A stretch of DNA of 45,356 bases from Thermoanaerobaculia bacterium. GTDB taxonomy: Bacteria > Acidobacteriota > Thermoanaerobaculia > Multivoradales > JAGPDF01. Positions 27,745 through 39,300 of this stretch are shown here, piece after piece. The notes below the pieces were generated by a model. The model did no database searches, was not told the DNA's origin, and saw only the letters and a program-made list of their open reading frames with translations. Where the stretch lies: contig JBDTQT010000002.1 of assembly GCA_039932055.1 (NCBI GenBank), forward strand, positions 1-45,356, in the 5' to 3' direction. Made by a program: the position numbers and the translations under genes. How positions within the stretch are numbered: position 1 is the stretch's first letter; each line of letters begins with the position of its first letter.

Positions 27745-29559
27745 ATGCACGGCGACCTTCGCAGGCAGATCGAAGAGCTCCCGGATTCGCCCGGAATCTA
27801 CGTCTTCCGCAATCAGGCCGGCGAAGCGCTCTACGTCGGCAAGGCGAAGTCGCTGCGCAGGCGGGTGCCGAGCTATCTCGGCAAGGACCTCGAGCCGCGA
27901 CTCGCGGCGATGGTCGAGCTCGCGTTCACCGTCGAGTGCGTGGCGACGGCGACCGAGGCCGCCGCCCTGATGCTCGAGAACAACTGGATCAAGCGTCATC
28001 GGCCGCGTTACAACGTGCTGCTGCGCGACGACAAGACCTATCCCTATCTCAAGTTGACCAGGGAGCCGTGGCCGCGCCTGGTCTTCACCCGCCGCATCCG
28101 GCAGGACGGCGCCGACTATTTCGGTCCCTATCTCCCCGGCGGCATGGCGCGGCGGGCGTTGAAGCTGGTGCAGAAGCTCTTCGGGGTGCGCGTCTGCTCG
28201 ATCGAGATCGACGGCGGCCTGCCGCGCCCTTGTCTCTACCACGACATGAAGCGCTGCCTGGGGCCGTGCGTCGCTGGCCTGACCTCGAGCGCCGAATACG
28301 CCGAAGCGGTCGAGAGCGCCCGGCTCTTCCTCGGCGGCAAGACAGCGCCGCTGTGCAAGAGCCTGCGGGGACAAATGGAGGCGGCGGCCGAAAACCTCGA
28401 GTTCGAACGCGCTGCCCGCTTGCGCGACCTGGTGCTCGAGGTCGAGCGTCTGTCGACGCGCTCGCCGCTCTCTTCGGTGCACGAGGAGGACATCGACCTG
28501 TTCGGCGTGGCGGTGCACGGCAATCAGGCGGCGGTGTCGATTCTCGTCATGCGCTCGGGGCAGGTTCTCGACCGGCGGGAAGTGTTCTGGGAGGGCGAGA
28601 GCGCCGCCGCCCCGCCGCAGCTCCTTTCCGAGCTTCTGCCGCAGATCTACGACCAGACGACCTTCCTGCCCAAAGAGCTCCACCTGCCTTTCGAGGTCGA
28701 CGGCGGCGAGGCGCTCGCCGATTGGATGTCGGAGCGCAAGGGGGATCGCGTCTACCTGCGGCATCCCGAGCGCGGCCCGAAGGCCGAGCGCCTGCGCATC
28801 GCCGCCAAGGACGCCGAGTTCGCCTTCCGCCGGCGCTTTCGCATCGACCCGTCGCGCGACGCCGCGCCGCGGGCTCTGGCGCGCCACCTCGGTCTGGCGA
28901 AGCCGCCGCGGTGGATCGAGGGCTTCGACATCTCGAATCTCCAGGGAACCGCGGTCATCGCGTCGATGGTGGTCTGGCGGGACGGGCGCATCCGCAAGGG
29001 GGAGTACCGCAGCTTCAACATCCGCAGTTTCGTCGGCCAGGACGACTTCCGTTCGATCGCCGAGGCGGTCGAACGCCGCTACCGCCGCCTGCGCGAGGAG
29101 TCCGGAGTCCTGCCCGACCTGGTGATGATCGACGGTGGGCGCGGGCAACTGGGAGCCGCCGCGGCCGCGCTCGCTGGTCTCGACCTCGAGGAACTGCCGC
29201 TCGTCGCCCTCGCCAAGCGCGAAGAGGAGCTCTATCTCCCCGGTACGCCGGAGCCGCTGCGCCTGCCGCGGCGGGACGAGGGGCTGCGGCTGCTTCAGAT
29301 GCTGCGCGACGAAGCGCATCGTTTCGCCGTGTCACGCCACCGTCGCCAGCGCTCGACGGGGGCGCTGCGCAGCCGGCTGGAGGACATCCCAGGCGTGGGG
29401 CCGGCGCGTCGCCGGCTTCTGGCGAAGCGCTACGGGACCTGGGAGGTGCTGGGAGCGGCGCCGCTCGAAGAGATCCAGGGGCTGCTGGGAGGGGCAATCG
29501 GCGCCGCCGTTCACCGGCATCTGCATGCCGGCTCCGCAGAGCGGGCCGAGATGGACTAG
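27745..29559 (+). CDS. uvrC: excinuclease ABC subunit C
   Basis: It has the GIY-YIG N-terminus (PGIYVFRNQAGEALYVGKAKSLRRR), a UVR domain (LEFERAARLRD), and a C-terminal endonuclease/HhH region. Confidence 0.97.
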   Translation: MHGDLRRQIEELPDSPGIYVFRNQAGEALYVGKAKSLRRRVPSYLGKDLEPRLAAMVELAFTVECVATATEAAALMLENNWIKRHRPRYNVLLRDDKTYPYLKLTREPWPRLVFTRRIRQDGADYFGPYLPGGMARRALKLVQKLFGVRVCSIEIDGGLPRPCLYHDMKRCLGPCVAGLTSSAEYAEAVESARLFLGGKTAPLCKSLRGQMEAAAENLEFERAARLRDLVLEVERLSTRSPLSSVHEEDIDLFGVAVHGNQAAVSILVMRSGQVLDRREVFWEGESAAAPPQLLSELLPQIYDQTTFLPKELHLPFEVDGGEALADWMSERKGDRVYLRHPERGPKAERLRIAAKDAEFAFRRRFRIDPSRDAAPRALARHLGLAKPPRWIEGFDISNLQGTAVIASMVVWRDGRIRKGEYRSFNIRSFVGQDDFRSIAEAVERRYRRLREESGVLPDLVMIDGGRGQLGAAAAALAGLDLEELPLVALAKREEELYLPGTPEPLRLPRRDEGLRLLQMLRDEAHRFAVSRHRRQRSTGALRSRLEDIPGVGPARRRLLAKRYGTWEVLGAAPLEEIQGLLGGAIGAAVHRHLHAGSAERAEMD

Positions 29560-29571
29560 ACTGCGCCCGAT

Positions 29572-31077
29572 ATGCACGGGCGTTCCAGCGAGCTGCGGGG
29601 AGACCTGCGAGAGCGATCGATCTTCGATCTCATGCAGGAGCTCCACTTCGAGCGCGCCACTGGAGTGCTCGAGGTGGCGGGTGGGGGGCACAAGCGACGC
29701 CTCTTCCTGCGCGACGGCAGCCTCTACCTCGCCGGTACCCATCCTCTCGCCCGCCGGCTCGGCGAGCTGGTGAAGGCACTCTCCGATTCATCGCAATCCG
29801 CCGCCGCCACCGAAGCCCGAAAGCGGTGCATGGATCTCGTGGAGCGGATGGCGCGCGTGATCGGCGAGTGGAAAACGGGTCATTTCCGTTTCCTCGACGA
29901 CCCCGCTGCGCGCTCTGCGGATCTCGTCGGGCCGCTGCCGACCCGGCGGCTCCTCATGCTCGGAGCCACGGCCGTCGCGGCGCCGGCGGATCTCGCCGCG
30001 CGCCTCGGCGGCGAGCGGGGGCAACTCGTCGCGGTGCCCGAGAGCGACGCCGCGGACGACCCGAACGACCTGCTGGGACTCGGCCCCGAGGAGCATTTTC
30101 TTCTCGAGCGGCTGCGCCAGCCGATGACGCTGGCCGCGATCGTCGCCGAGAGCCCGTTCGACCGCGACACGACGCAGCAGCGCCTCGTCCAGCTACTCGC
30201 GGCGCGCAAGATCCGCCGGCCCGAGCGCGGCGATCCGGCGACGCCTACGGAGCCCGTGCAGGACGCGGCACTCCTGCACAGCCTGTCGAACCGCTTCGCC
30301 CGCAATCTCAGGGAGGATCCGCTGGCGCTTTCGCCGGAGGAGTTCCGGGCGCGGGTCGCCGAACTCTCCGCCGGCCTCGGCGCGATGAATCACTACGAGC
30401 TGCTGGGCGTCGACCCGTCGTCGTCGGTCGAGCTGGTGCAATCGAAGTACGAGCTGTTGGCGCGGCAGGTCCATCCCGCGAACGAGGCCGCCTATGGCCT
30501 CACCGGCCTCAAGCCGATGCTCGAGCTGCTGTTCGAGCGTGCCACCCTGGGCTACCTCGTGCTCTCCGACCCCGAGCGTCGCCGGAAGTACAACCTTAGC
30601 CAGGCGATCGACCTGACGGCGGCGCAGGTCACCGGTGCGGAGCGTGAGGTCGAGTCGAAGGATCTGGCAAAGCAGTATTTCGACCAGGCGCAGGCACTGG
30701 TGGCGCGCGGCGATTTTCACTACGCGATCGAGCTGCTGCAGCTGGCGGCGAAGCTCGACCGCCGGTCCGAGTACTTCCTCGCCCTCGCCCGCGTCGAGAT
30801 CAAGAATCCGAAGTGGCTGCAACGGGGCATCGACAACTGCCGGGCTGCGCTCGAAGTCGATCCCCACAACGCCGAAGCGCGCTACCTGCTGGGCGAGATC
30901 TACGAACAGGAGGGGGATCCCGACCGGGCGCGGGCGCAATACACCGCCGCAACGCGCGCGGACCCGAGCCACCTTCAGGCGGGCGCGAAGCTGCGCAACC
31001 TGGTCGCGTCGAAAGCGGCCAAGTCCGAGCCCGAGAGCAGTCTCTTCGGCCGTATCTTCCGCCGTCGCGACAGCTAG
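29572..31077 (+). CDS. DUF4388-like N-terminal domain, J-like domain and TPR protein
   Basis: The N-terminus GDLRERSIFDLMQELHFERATGVLEV...LFLRDGSLYLAG is DUF4388-like. The centre, NHYELLGVDPSSSVELVQSKYELLARQVHPAN...LSDPERRRKYN, is a J-domain with HPA in place of HPD. The C-terminus has TPR repeats (AEARYLLGEIYEQEGDPDRA). Confidence 0.75.
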   Translation: MHGRSSELRGDLRERSIFDLMQELHFERATGVLEVAGGGHKRRLFLRDGSLYLAGTHPLARRLGELVKALSDSSQSAAATEARKRCMDLVERMARVIGEWKTGHFRFLDDPAARSADLVGPLPTRRLLMLGATAVAAPADLAARLGGERGQLVAVPESDAADDPNDLLGLGPEEHFLLERLRQPMTLAAIVAESPFDRDTTQQRLVQLLAARKIRRPERGDPATPTEPVQDAALLHSLSNRFARNLREDPLALSPEEFRARVAELSAGLGAMNHYELLGVDPSSSVELVQSKYELLARQVHPANEAAYGLTGLKPMLELLFERATLGYLVLSDPERRRKYNLSQAIDLTAAQVTGAEREVESKDLAKQYFDQAQALVARGDFHYAIELLQLAAKLDRRSEYFLALARVEIKNPKWLQRGIDNCRAALEVDPHNAEARYLLGEIYEQEGDPDRARAQYTAATRADPSHLQAGAKLRNLVASKAAKSEPESSLFGRIFRRRDS

Positions 31078-31102
31078 CCGGAGGTGCTATCTTCGTCCCG
31101 GT

Positions 31103-31493
<391 letters not shown>

Positions 31494-31506
31494 ACCCTTT
31501 CATGCC

Positions 31507-32412
31507 ATGGCCCCCGTGATTCCCGTCCTCCCTCCCGCCGTCCGCCCCGGCGATCGCGTCGGAGTCGCGGCGCTCTCCGGCCCGGTGGATCCGGAGCGGC
31601 TCGCACGCGGCATGGAGGAGCTCGCTCGCCTCGGCTTCCTCCCGGTGCCAGCGCGGAACCTCGCTGCGACCTCCGGCCTCTTCGCCGGCGACGACCGGGA
31701 GCGCGCCGCGGCCTTTCACGAGCTCGCCGACGATCCGGGGATCAGCGCCATCTTCTTTGCCCGCGGCGGGCACGGCTTGCTGCGGGTGCTGCCGCTGCTC
31801 GACTGGGACCGCCTCGCCGCGCGGCCGCGCGCCTATGTCGGCTACTCGGACCTCACGCCGTTCCTCCTCAACGTCGTCGAACGCCTGGGTCGGGTCGCCT
31901 TCCACGGCCCGATGGTGGCGGCGGAGATGGCGCGCGGTCTGAGCGCGGAGGAGAGCCGGAGCCTGCTCGACGCCCTCGCCGGCGAGGTGCGGCAGGAGCT
32001 CGCGCTGACGCAGGTGATCGCTGGTTTCGAGCCGGCCGAAGGACGTCTGCTCGGCGGCTGCTTGAGTCTGCTCGCGTCGACGATCGGAACTCCCTTCGCG
32101 ACGCCGCTGGCGAACTCGGTCCTTCTGCTCGAAGACGTGCACGAGCCGCTCTACCGTGTCGATCGTATGTTGACCCAGTTGTACCTGTCCGGTAGTCTGA
32201 ACTCGATTCGCGCCATGGTTCTCGGAACCTCCATCTTTCCCGTCCTCGACGAAGCCGCGGCCGCGCGGATCCGCGAGCGCACCGGCGAGACGACCCTCGG
32301 CCTGGGGCTCGCCACCGGGCACACGACGCCGAACTTCACGTTGCCGCTCGGGTGCTTCGCCCGGATCGACGCGAACCGCTCGCTTCTCGTCATCGACCAC
32401 CCTCAGGTTTAG
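31507..32412 (+). CDS. ldcA: LD-carboxypeptidase (peptidase S66, muramoyltetrapeptide carboxypeptidase-like)
   Basis: The sequence GDRVGVAALSGPVD...AIFFARGGHG...YVGYSDLT (nucleophile Ser)...LLLEDVHEPLYRVDRML...GH has the S66 layout. Confidence 0.85.
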   Translation: MAPVIPVLPPAVRPGDRVGVAALSGPVDPERLARGMEELARLGFLPVPARNLAATSGLFAGDDRERAAAFHELADDPGISAIFFARGGHGLLRVLPLLDWDRLAARPRAYVGYSDLTPFLLNVVERLGRVAFHGPMVAAEMARGLSAEESRSLLDALAGEVRQELALTQVIAGFEPAEGRLLGGCLSLLASTIGTPFATPLANSVLLLEDVHEPLYRVDRMLTQLYLSGSLNSIRAMVLGTSIFPVLDEAAAARIRERTGETTLGLGLATGHTTPNFTLPLGCFARIDANRSLLVIDHPQV

Positions 32413-32427
32413 CGAGCGAGATCCGCC

Positions 32428-33225
32428 ATGGCGACCTCCAAGCCGGTCTTCAAGACCACGAGCAAGAAGCCGAATCTGCCGAATTACACGGTGGAGTTCG
32501 CGCCCGGGGAGTTCATCTTCAACGAGGGCGACCTCGGGATGGAGATGTACATCATCCACGAGGGCAAGATCGAGATTCTCAAGCAGATCCAGACCGAGCA
32601 GCGGCAGCTCGCGGTGCTCGAGAAGGGCGACTTCTTCGGCGAGATGTCGATCCTCGAGGATCTGCCGCGCACGGCCGCGGCGCGCGCCATCGGCGAGGTC
32701 AAGCTGCTGCTGATCAACGGCGCCACCTTCGACCAGATGCTGCGGACGAATCCCGAGATCGCGGTACGCATGATGCGCAAGCTCTCCCGCCGGCTGCGCG
32801 AGACCGACCGTATGCTGCGCGAAGTCCCCGGGGGCGCGCCGGCAGCGCTCGACGAACCGGTGCCGGCGAACCCGGCGGCGGCCGAAGCGAGCGTCGACAA
32901 GGGTCCGCAGTGCCTGGTGCACGACAAGTCGGGAATGGAGTTCGCGCTGGCTCGGGCAGCCGAGACGATGATCGGTCGCCGCGATCCGGTCACCGGCATC
33001 GACCCCGACATCGACCTCACGCCGGCCGATACCCAGCGCTCGATCAGCCGCCGCCACGCCAAGATCTACCGCCGCGGCGCCAAGTTCTTCATCGCCGAAG
33101 AGATCGGCACGATGAACGGCACCTTCGTCAACGGCACCCGCCTCGAAACCGGCGTCCCCACCGAGATCAAGTACGGCGACGACGTCCGCTGCGGCCTCGT
33201 CAACCTCAAGTTCCGCGCCGAATAG
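32428..33225 (+). CDS. cyclic-nucleotide-binding domain plus FHA domain protein
   Basis: The N-terminal cNMP-binding fold is FIFNEGDLGMEMYIIHEGKIEIL...GDFFGEMSILEDLPRTAAARA. The C-terminal FHA domain is IGRRDP...ISRRHAKIYRRGAKFFIAEEIGTMNGTFVNGTRL. Confidence 0.85.
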   Translation: MATSKPVFKTTSKKPNLPNYTVEFAPGEFIFNEGDLGMEMYIIHEGKIEILKQIQTEQRQLAVLEKGDFFGEMSILEDLPRTAAARAIGEVKLLLINGATFDQMLRTNPEIAVRMMRKLSRRLRETDRMLREVPGGAPAALDEPVPANPAAAEASVDKGPQCLVHDKSGMEFALARAAETMIGRRDPVTGIDPDIDLTPADTQRSISRRHAKIYRRGAKFFIAEEIGTMNGTFVNGTRLETGVPTEIKYGDDVRCGLVNLKFRAE

Positions 33226-33240
33226 CCGGGCGTAGCGCCG

Positions 33241-33264
33241 CTGGCGGGGAGCCCTCCTCGCCAG
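33241..33264 (+). terminator. possible intrinsic terminator hairpin after the cNMP/FHA gene
   Basis: ctggcgggga-gccc-tcctcgccag forms a 10-bp stem (one G-U pair) with a 4-nt loop, followed by ttgatttcc. It lies 16 nt after the stop. The U-tract is weak. Confidence 0.35.
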
Positions 33265-33383
33265 TTGATTTCCGCTTCAGTTCCGCCAGCACTTCAGACC
33301 GTGCCTTGACGACTGGAGAGTCGTGTAATGATGCCGTCACTCCAAGGAACGGTTTGACTCTCGCTGGTCGGAAAGTGGTCGTC

Positions 33384-36300
33384 ATGAACTCAGATCTGTC
33401 GGGTGCCGCCATGTCTTTCGCAAGGAAGCGCTCTGCGCGGGTGGTTTTGCCGCGCGTAGCATGGGTGATCGTCGCCGTTGCGGTTTGCGGCCAAGGTGCC
33501 TCGCACGCCGAGGCCCCACCGCTGCCGTCGAGTCGATTCGGCTCGGTCACGGTCGCCGGAGCCCCCGCAGCCCCGGGCACCATCGTCACCGCTTACCTCG
33601 CCGGCAGCCAGATCGCCAATGGCCCGGTCTTCGACGACGGCGGCGGCCACTATCGCCTCGACGTTCCGGGAGATCGCCCGGAAACGCCGGAGATCGAAGG
33701 GCCGGTCGCCGGCCAGTCGTTCGAGATCCGGGTGGCGGGAACCAGCGCGGGAAACTCGACCTGGAGCGCAGGCGCCTTTACCGCGCTCGATCTCGCGGCG
33801 GCCGCCGGCCCCGACCTCGCCATTGCGATCGACGACGGGCAGGCGACGGCGCTTCCCTCCCAGATCCTGAACTTCTCGTTGAGTGCCCAGAACCCCGGCG
33901 CGACGCCGGCGAGCGGCGTGCAGATCGCCGTCACGCTGCCCCCCGGAGCGACTTTCCTTTCGGCCAGCGACGGCGGTCTCTACGCGAGCGGGGAGGTGCG
34001 TTGGCCCGCCCTGAGCCTCGCGCCCGCAACCTTCGTCGCGCGTTCCCTCGCTTTTCGGCTACCGGCGAGATTCGCTGCCGGAATCGAAAATGTGGCCACG
34101 ACCGCGCGCATCGCGCACGACGGCTCGAGGGGTGGCGATCCCCAGCCGGCGAACGACCAGGCGACCGATCTCGACTTGCTGCTCGCGGCACCGGATCTCG
34201 TGGCGGCGATCGACGACGGCAGCCCGACGACCACTCCCGGCGGCACGGTGAGCCAGCGACTCCGGATTGCCAACACCGGCTCGCAGGATGCGACCAACGT
34301 CACTCTGGCCATCGACCTGCCCGCCGAGGCCGTCTTCTATTCGGCGAGTCACGGCGGAATCCTTTCCGCGGGCACCGTGAGTTTTCCCGCGGTCAACCTC
34401 GCGGCCGGCGCCAGCCTCTCGCGTGCCGTGACGTTGCGCATCCCGACCGGGCTGCCACCTACCGTCACCGAGCTCGCCGTCGTCGGGCGCGCGGCCGACG
34501 ACGGCGCGAACGGCCCCGACGCGACCCCGGCGGACAACACCGCGATCGACCTCGACAGCGTCACCCATGCCCCCGACCTCGCGGTCGAGAGCGTCGACGC
34601 TACGGCGGCGCCGGTCGATCCGCAGACCTTGGCGATCTCCGGCGAAATCGCGGTCGAATTCACCAATCGCGGGACGATCGCCGCCGACGCCTTCCAAATC
34701 GTCGTTTTCGAGGATCTCGACGGCAACCGTACTTTCTCGAGAACGACCGACCGGTTGGTCGGCGAAGTGGCGGTCGGCGGAGCCACGGTGGGGGAGCGCT
34801 CGACCGTCACCCTCGCCGTCGCCGGCCTTCTCGAGCTGCGCGACGACCGGATTTTCGCCGTCCTCGATGCCGATGCCGCCATCCCCGAGCTCGACGAGTC
34901 GAACAACGTCGGCGACTCCGGCACCGCCTGCGGCACGCTGGGAGATCTGACCCAGATGTCTCCGGAGGTCGAGCTCGCGTGGCCGCCGGCCGGCGGGCCA
35001 GCGTACAAGCCGCTTTCGGTCGATTCCGTTTCGACGCCGATCGTCGTTCAGCTGACCGACGACAACGGCGACGGCCGCTGGGACGCGAACGACGTTCCCG
35101 ACATCGTCTTCGTCTCCGCCAACCTGGCGCCGACCTTCCCTCCCGAGCCCGACATCGTTCTGCGGGCGATCCGCGGTGACACCGGTGCTGCGGTCTGGAA
35201 CGTCCCCGGTCTGTTCACCGTGCCACCCTCGTTCCTCTCCCTGTGTGGCCTCGCGGCCGGCGATATCGACGGCGACGGCAAGGTCGAGATCGTCACTTCG
35301 GTCGTCACCCCCGAAGGCTCCGGCTTCCTCCAGGCATACGAGCACAACGGCGCTTTCAAGTGGCGCAGCAATACCTACGACACGCATCCGTTCGCCAGCG
35401 GAACGAGCAATCGCGACAATCCGTCGATCGCCGATCTCGACGGCGACGGCAACGTCGAAATCGTCGTCGGGGCGTACGTCTTCGACCGGGCTGGCCACCG
35501 ACTCTGGGCGGGCACCGGCGGACAGGCCTACCAGACCCAGCGCAACAACCAGCTCGTCGGCGGCGCCATCTCGGTCGTCGCCGATGTCGATCTCGACGGG
35601 CTGCAAGAGATCGTCACCGGCAACACGCTCTACCGCTTCGACGGTTCGATCATCTGGCAGCGGCCGGATCCCGATGGCTATCCGGCGGTGCTCAACGCCG
35701 ATGACGATCCGCAGGCCGAAATCGTCGTCGTCGCCCAGGGCTTCATCCGTCTCTACGACACCGACGGCACGCTGATCTGGGGGCCGCTCGAGATGCCGGG
35801 TTCGGATCCGGAGTCGGGCGGGCCGCCGTCGGTCGGCGACCTCGACGGCGATGGCGTGCCCGAGATCGTCGTCGCCGGCTCCGACATCTTGTGGGCCCTC
35901 CACCTCGACGGCACACCGCTCTGGCAGGCCTCGACGCGCGACTACTCGTCCTCCCAGACCGGCGCCACGCTCTTCGACTTCGAAGGCGACGGCACCTACG
36001 AAGTGGTCTACCGCGACGAGCGTCGGCTGCGGATCTATCGCGGCTCCGACGGCGAAGTCCTGTTCGAGCACGTGCTCTCTTCGACGACGATGGTGGAGAT
36101 GCCGGTCGTCGCCGACGTCGATCGCGACGGCAACGCCGAGATCGTCGTCACCAGCGATCATGCCTGGGACTATCCGGTGCCCTCTGGCGAGCGCACGGCC
36201 GGCCTGCTCGTCTTCGGCGACTTTTCTGACAACTGGGTCGGCGCGCGGCCGATCTGGAACCAGCACGCCTACTCGATCGACAACGTCACTGTGGACGCTG

Positions 36301-39300
36301 GGATCCCGGCGCATCCGGCCTGGGGCTGGCTCGATCACAACAGCTTCCGCGCCAATGCCGGACCGACGCTGGCGGAACGCGGTGGAACCGATGTCACCGC
36401 TGGGCGGCTCGTCATCGACTCCTCCGCCCTGCCGCTGATTCGCGCCACCGTGCGGATTGGCAACGCCGGAACGACCCCGATCCCCGCCGGCCTCGAGGTC
36501 TGGCTCCACGAAGGGGATGAGTCGTGGGTGAACCTACGTGCTGTCGCGGCGACCTCTACGCCGCTTCCGCCAGGGGCACATCTCGATCTCGAGCTCTCTT
36601 TCGACGCTGGCGCCGGAGTCACCAGCCCCCTGATCGCCATCGCCGATGCCCTGGGTCGCGAACGCGAGTGCGACGAACAGAACAACCGTGTCGAAGCCGC
36701 TGTCGACGTAACCGCGCTCGGCATGTGGGTGACAGTCACTGACGGGACCTCAGGGGCCTCGCCGGGCGACCACTTGACCTACGTGGTCACCGCGCACAAC
36801 GCCTTCGCCGGCACCGCGACCGGCATCGCGGTGGCCGACACGCTGCCGGCGGGCCTGCAATTCGTCGCCGCGAGTGGCGGCGGTGTCGAGTCGGGCGGTA
36901 CGGTTACCTGGCCCGTCTTCTCCCTGGCGAGCGGCGCCGCGACGGCCCGGACGGTCACCGTGCTCGTCGATCCCGCGCTGCCCCTCGCCGTCAGTTCGCT
37001 GAGCAACGTAGCGATGGTCGCCGACGACGGCGCCAACGGTCCCGACCCGACGCCAGCCAACAACCAGGCGACGGACATCGACCAGGTGGTGAGTGTCGTC
37101 GCCGACGCCGGTGGGCCCTACAGTGGCGATGAAGGCGCGGAGATCCAGTTCGATGCCAGCGCGTCGATCGATCGCGACGGCGGCGCCCTGCTCTTCGCCT
37201 GGGACCTGGACGGCGATGGCGCCTTCGACGACGGCAACGCCGCGACCGCCAGCCACATCTTCGCAGACGAAGGGACCTTCACGATCCGCCTCCGGGTGAC
37301 CGACGACGAGGGCGAGGTCGATCTCGACGAGGCCACGGTCACGGTGGCGAACGTCGCTCCCCAGATCGTCGCGCCGGTGGAGATCGCCGGCACGGAGGGA
37401 GGGCACATTGACCTCTCCGGCTTCCGCGTTCTCGATCCCGGAGTCCTCGACTACGGGCCTTCCACCGTCGACTGGGGGGACGGCATCGTCGACTCCCTCT
37501 GGGTCGACGCCGGAATTCCCCAGGGTGAGCACCTCTATCCGCAGGACGGCATTTTCACCGTCGAGGTCTGCGCTGACGACGGCGACGGCGGCAGAACCTG
37601 CGCTTCCGCGCCGGCGAGAATCGCCAACGAGCCGCCGATCGTGCAGCGCGGTGGCGATCTCGGCTTCGCCGGCTGGCAGCGCGAAGAGCTGGGCGGCGGC
37701 GCGACCTCGCGCTGGACGACCTCCGCCGACGAGCGTGCCGTCACCCAGGAGCTGAACGGCGAACCGGCGTTCTTCGTCGGCGATCTCCCCGGCTACGGCA
37801 CGACCGAGCTCACCCTGCGCGTGAACGCCAACGGCGACGACGACTACGTCGGCTTCGCGGTCGGCTTCGAGGCTGGCGACACCACACGGGGCACCGCGGA
37901 GTATCTGCTCGTCGACTGGAAGCAGGGCGACCAGAGCGGTGCGCGGCGCGGTCTGGCGTTGTCGCGAGTGGTTGGCGCCCCCTCCGCCGGCGAATTCTGG
38001 GTGCATCAGGATCTGGCGGCCAACGGCACGGCGAACCGGGTCGTGGAGCTCCAGCGAGCCGCCCACCTGGGCACCGCCGGCTGGGCACGGCAGACCGAGT
38101 ACAGGCTGCGGATCGAGGCCAGCCCGACCCGGCTGCGCCTGTACGTCGACGGCCGGCTCGAGATCGACTACATCGGCCCAGTGCCGAACGGCGTTCTCGC
38201 GCTTTACGACTATTCGCAGGCGGGAGCGCAATTCGGCGGCGGTGTCGCCGACAGCTATCTTGCCGGCCGCGAAGGTGACCTCGTGAGGCTTCGGGCGGCG
38301 TTCAGCGATGCCGGTATTCTCGACACCCACACCGCGACGATCGACTGGGGCGACGGTGACTCGGCGCCCGGCGCGATTTCCGAGGAGGAAGGTCAGGGCT
38401 TCGTTCTCGGTCAACACACCTACCGCGACGACGGTGACGGCACGGTCGGGGTCTGCGTCTCGGACGACGGCGGCGACGAGCACTGCGTGGAGATTCCGGT
38501 GGCGATCGACAACGCCGCCCCGGTGCTCGCGCTCGCCGTCGGCAGCGCCGGATTCGTCGAAGAGGCGGTAACCCTCGCCGGCTCGACCTTCACCGACGCC
38601 GGCATCGACGACACCCATGAGGTGTCGGTGGACTGGGGCGACGGCGCCAGTGAGAGCCTCCCGGTTGCCGGCGCCGCCGGTAGTTGGAGCTTCGACGGCG
38701 CGCACTTCTATGCCACGCCGGGCGCCTACGAAGTCGCCGTCTGCGTCGTCGACGACGACGGCGGCGAGAGCTGCGACACGCGCAGCCTGAACCTGGTGCA
38801 CCGGGCACTCGACCTGCGACTGGCGATGAGCCTTCTGCCGGTCGAAGCGCGGCCCGGACAGAACGTCGTCTTCACCCTCCGGGTCGAGAATGCCGGCACG
38901 CTAATGGCGACCGGCGTGGTGCTGGACGACGCCGTGCCGACCGGCCTCACCTACGTCAGCTCGACCCTCGGCGGCGTCTCAGGGAGCAGCGCGGTGACCT
39001 GGAATCTCGGCTCCCTTGCGCCGGGCGCAGTGGTCTCGCCTACCGTGACGATGCAGGTGCCGGCGACTGCCCCCATCGGCGGCACGGCGACGAACACCGC
39101 CGTGGTCGGCGACGACGGCACCGCCGGGCCCGATGCGACTCCCGGCGACAACTCCGCGATGGCGGCTGTCCTGTTCTCGGACGCGCTGACGCCGATCGTG
39201 GCGATTTCCGGAGCCTCCGCCGGCTGGACGGGCGCGGAAGGGACCCTGTTGGTGCTTTCCGGCGTGACCTGGAACGACACCACTGCCGGACAGACCCACA

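Noticed and set aside
27936-30599. 887-aa plus-strand ORF
   Set aside because: It runs in an alternative frame through uvrC and the DUF4388/J/TPR gene, crossing their intergenic gap. Its Arg/Ala/Gly/Pro composition is extreme. uvrC motifs are present only in the 27745 frame.
33306-33331. TTGACG ... TAATGA as a candidate promoter of the giant gene
   Set aside because: The spacer is only 14 nt, outside the functional 16-18 nt range. It is kept only as a region worth 5'-end mapping.
32352-33383. The 5' 1 kb of the 3,879-aa track ORF, which would extend the giant protein upstream
   Set aside because: It overlaps the ldcA 3' end and the entire cNMP/FHA gene (32428-33225), which has clear domain signatures in a different frame. 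Its translation is Arg/Pro/Gly/His-rich nonsense (RPDRREPLASRHRPPSGLASEIRHG...). A proper Sec signal begins only at 33384 or 33411.
34059-38801. Long antisense ORFs inside the giant gene (34059-36509, 36750-38801; also 38979-39872, 40155-41285, 41298-42698 and 42726-44003)
   Set aside because: All are antisense to a frame that shows repeated, recognisable domain signatures and GC3 bias. Their translations are R/G/D/V-rich without motifs. Such shadow ORFs are expected because stop codons are rare in GC-rich antisense frames.
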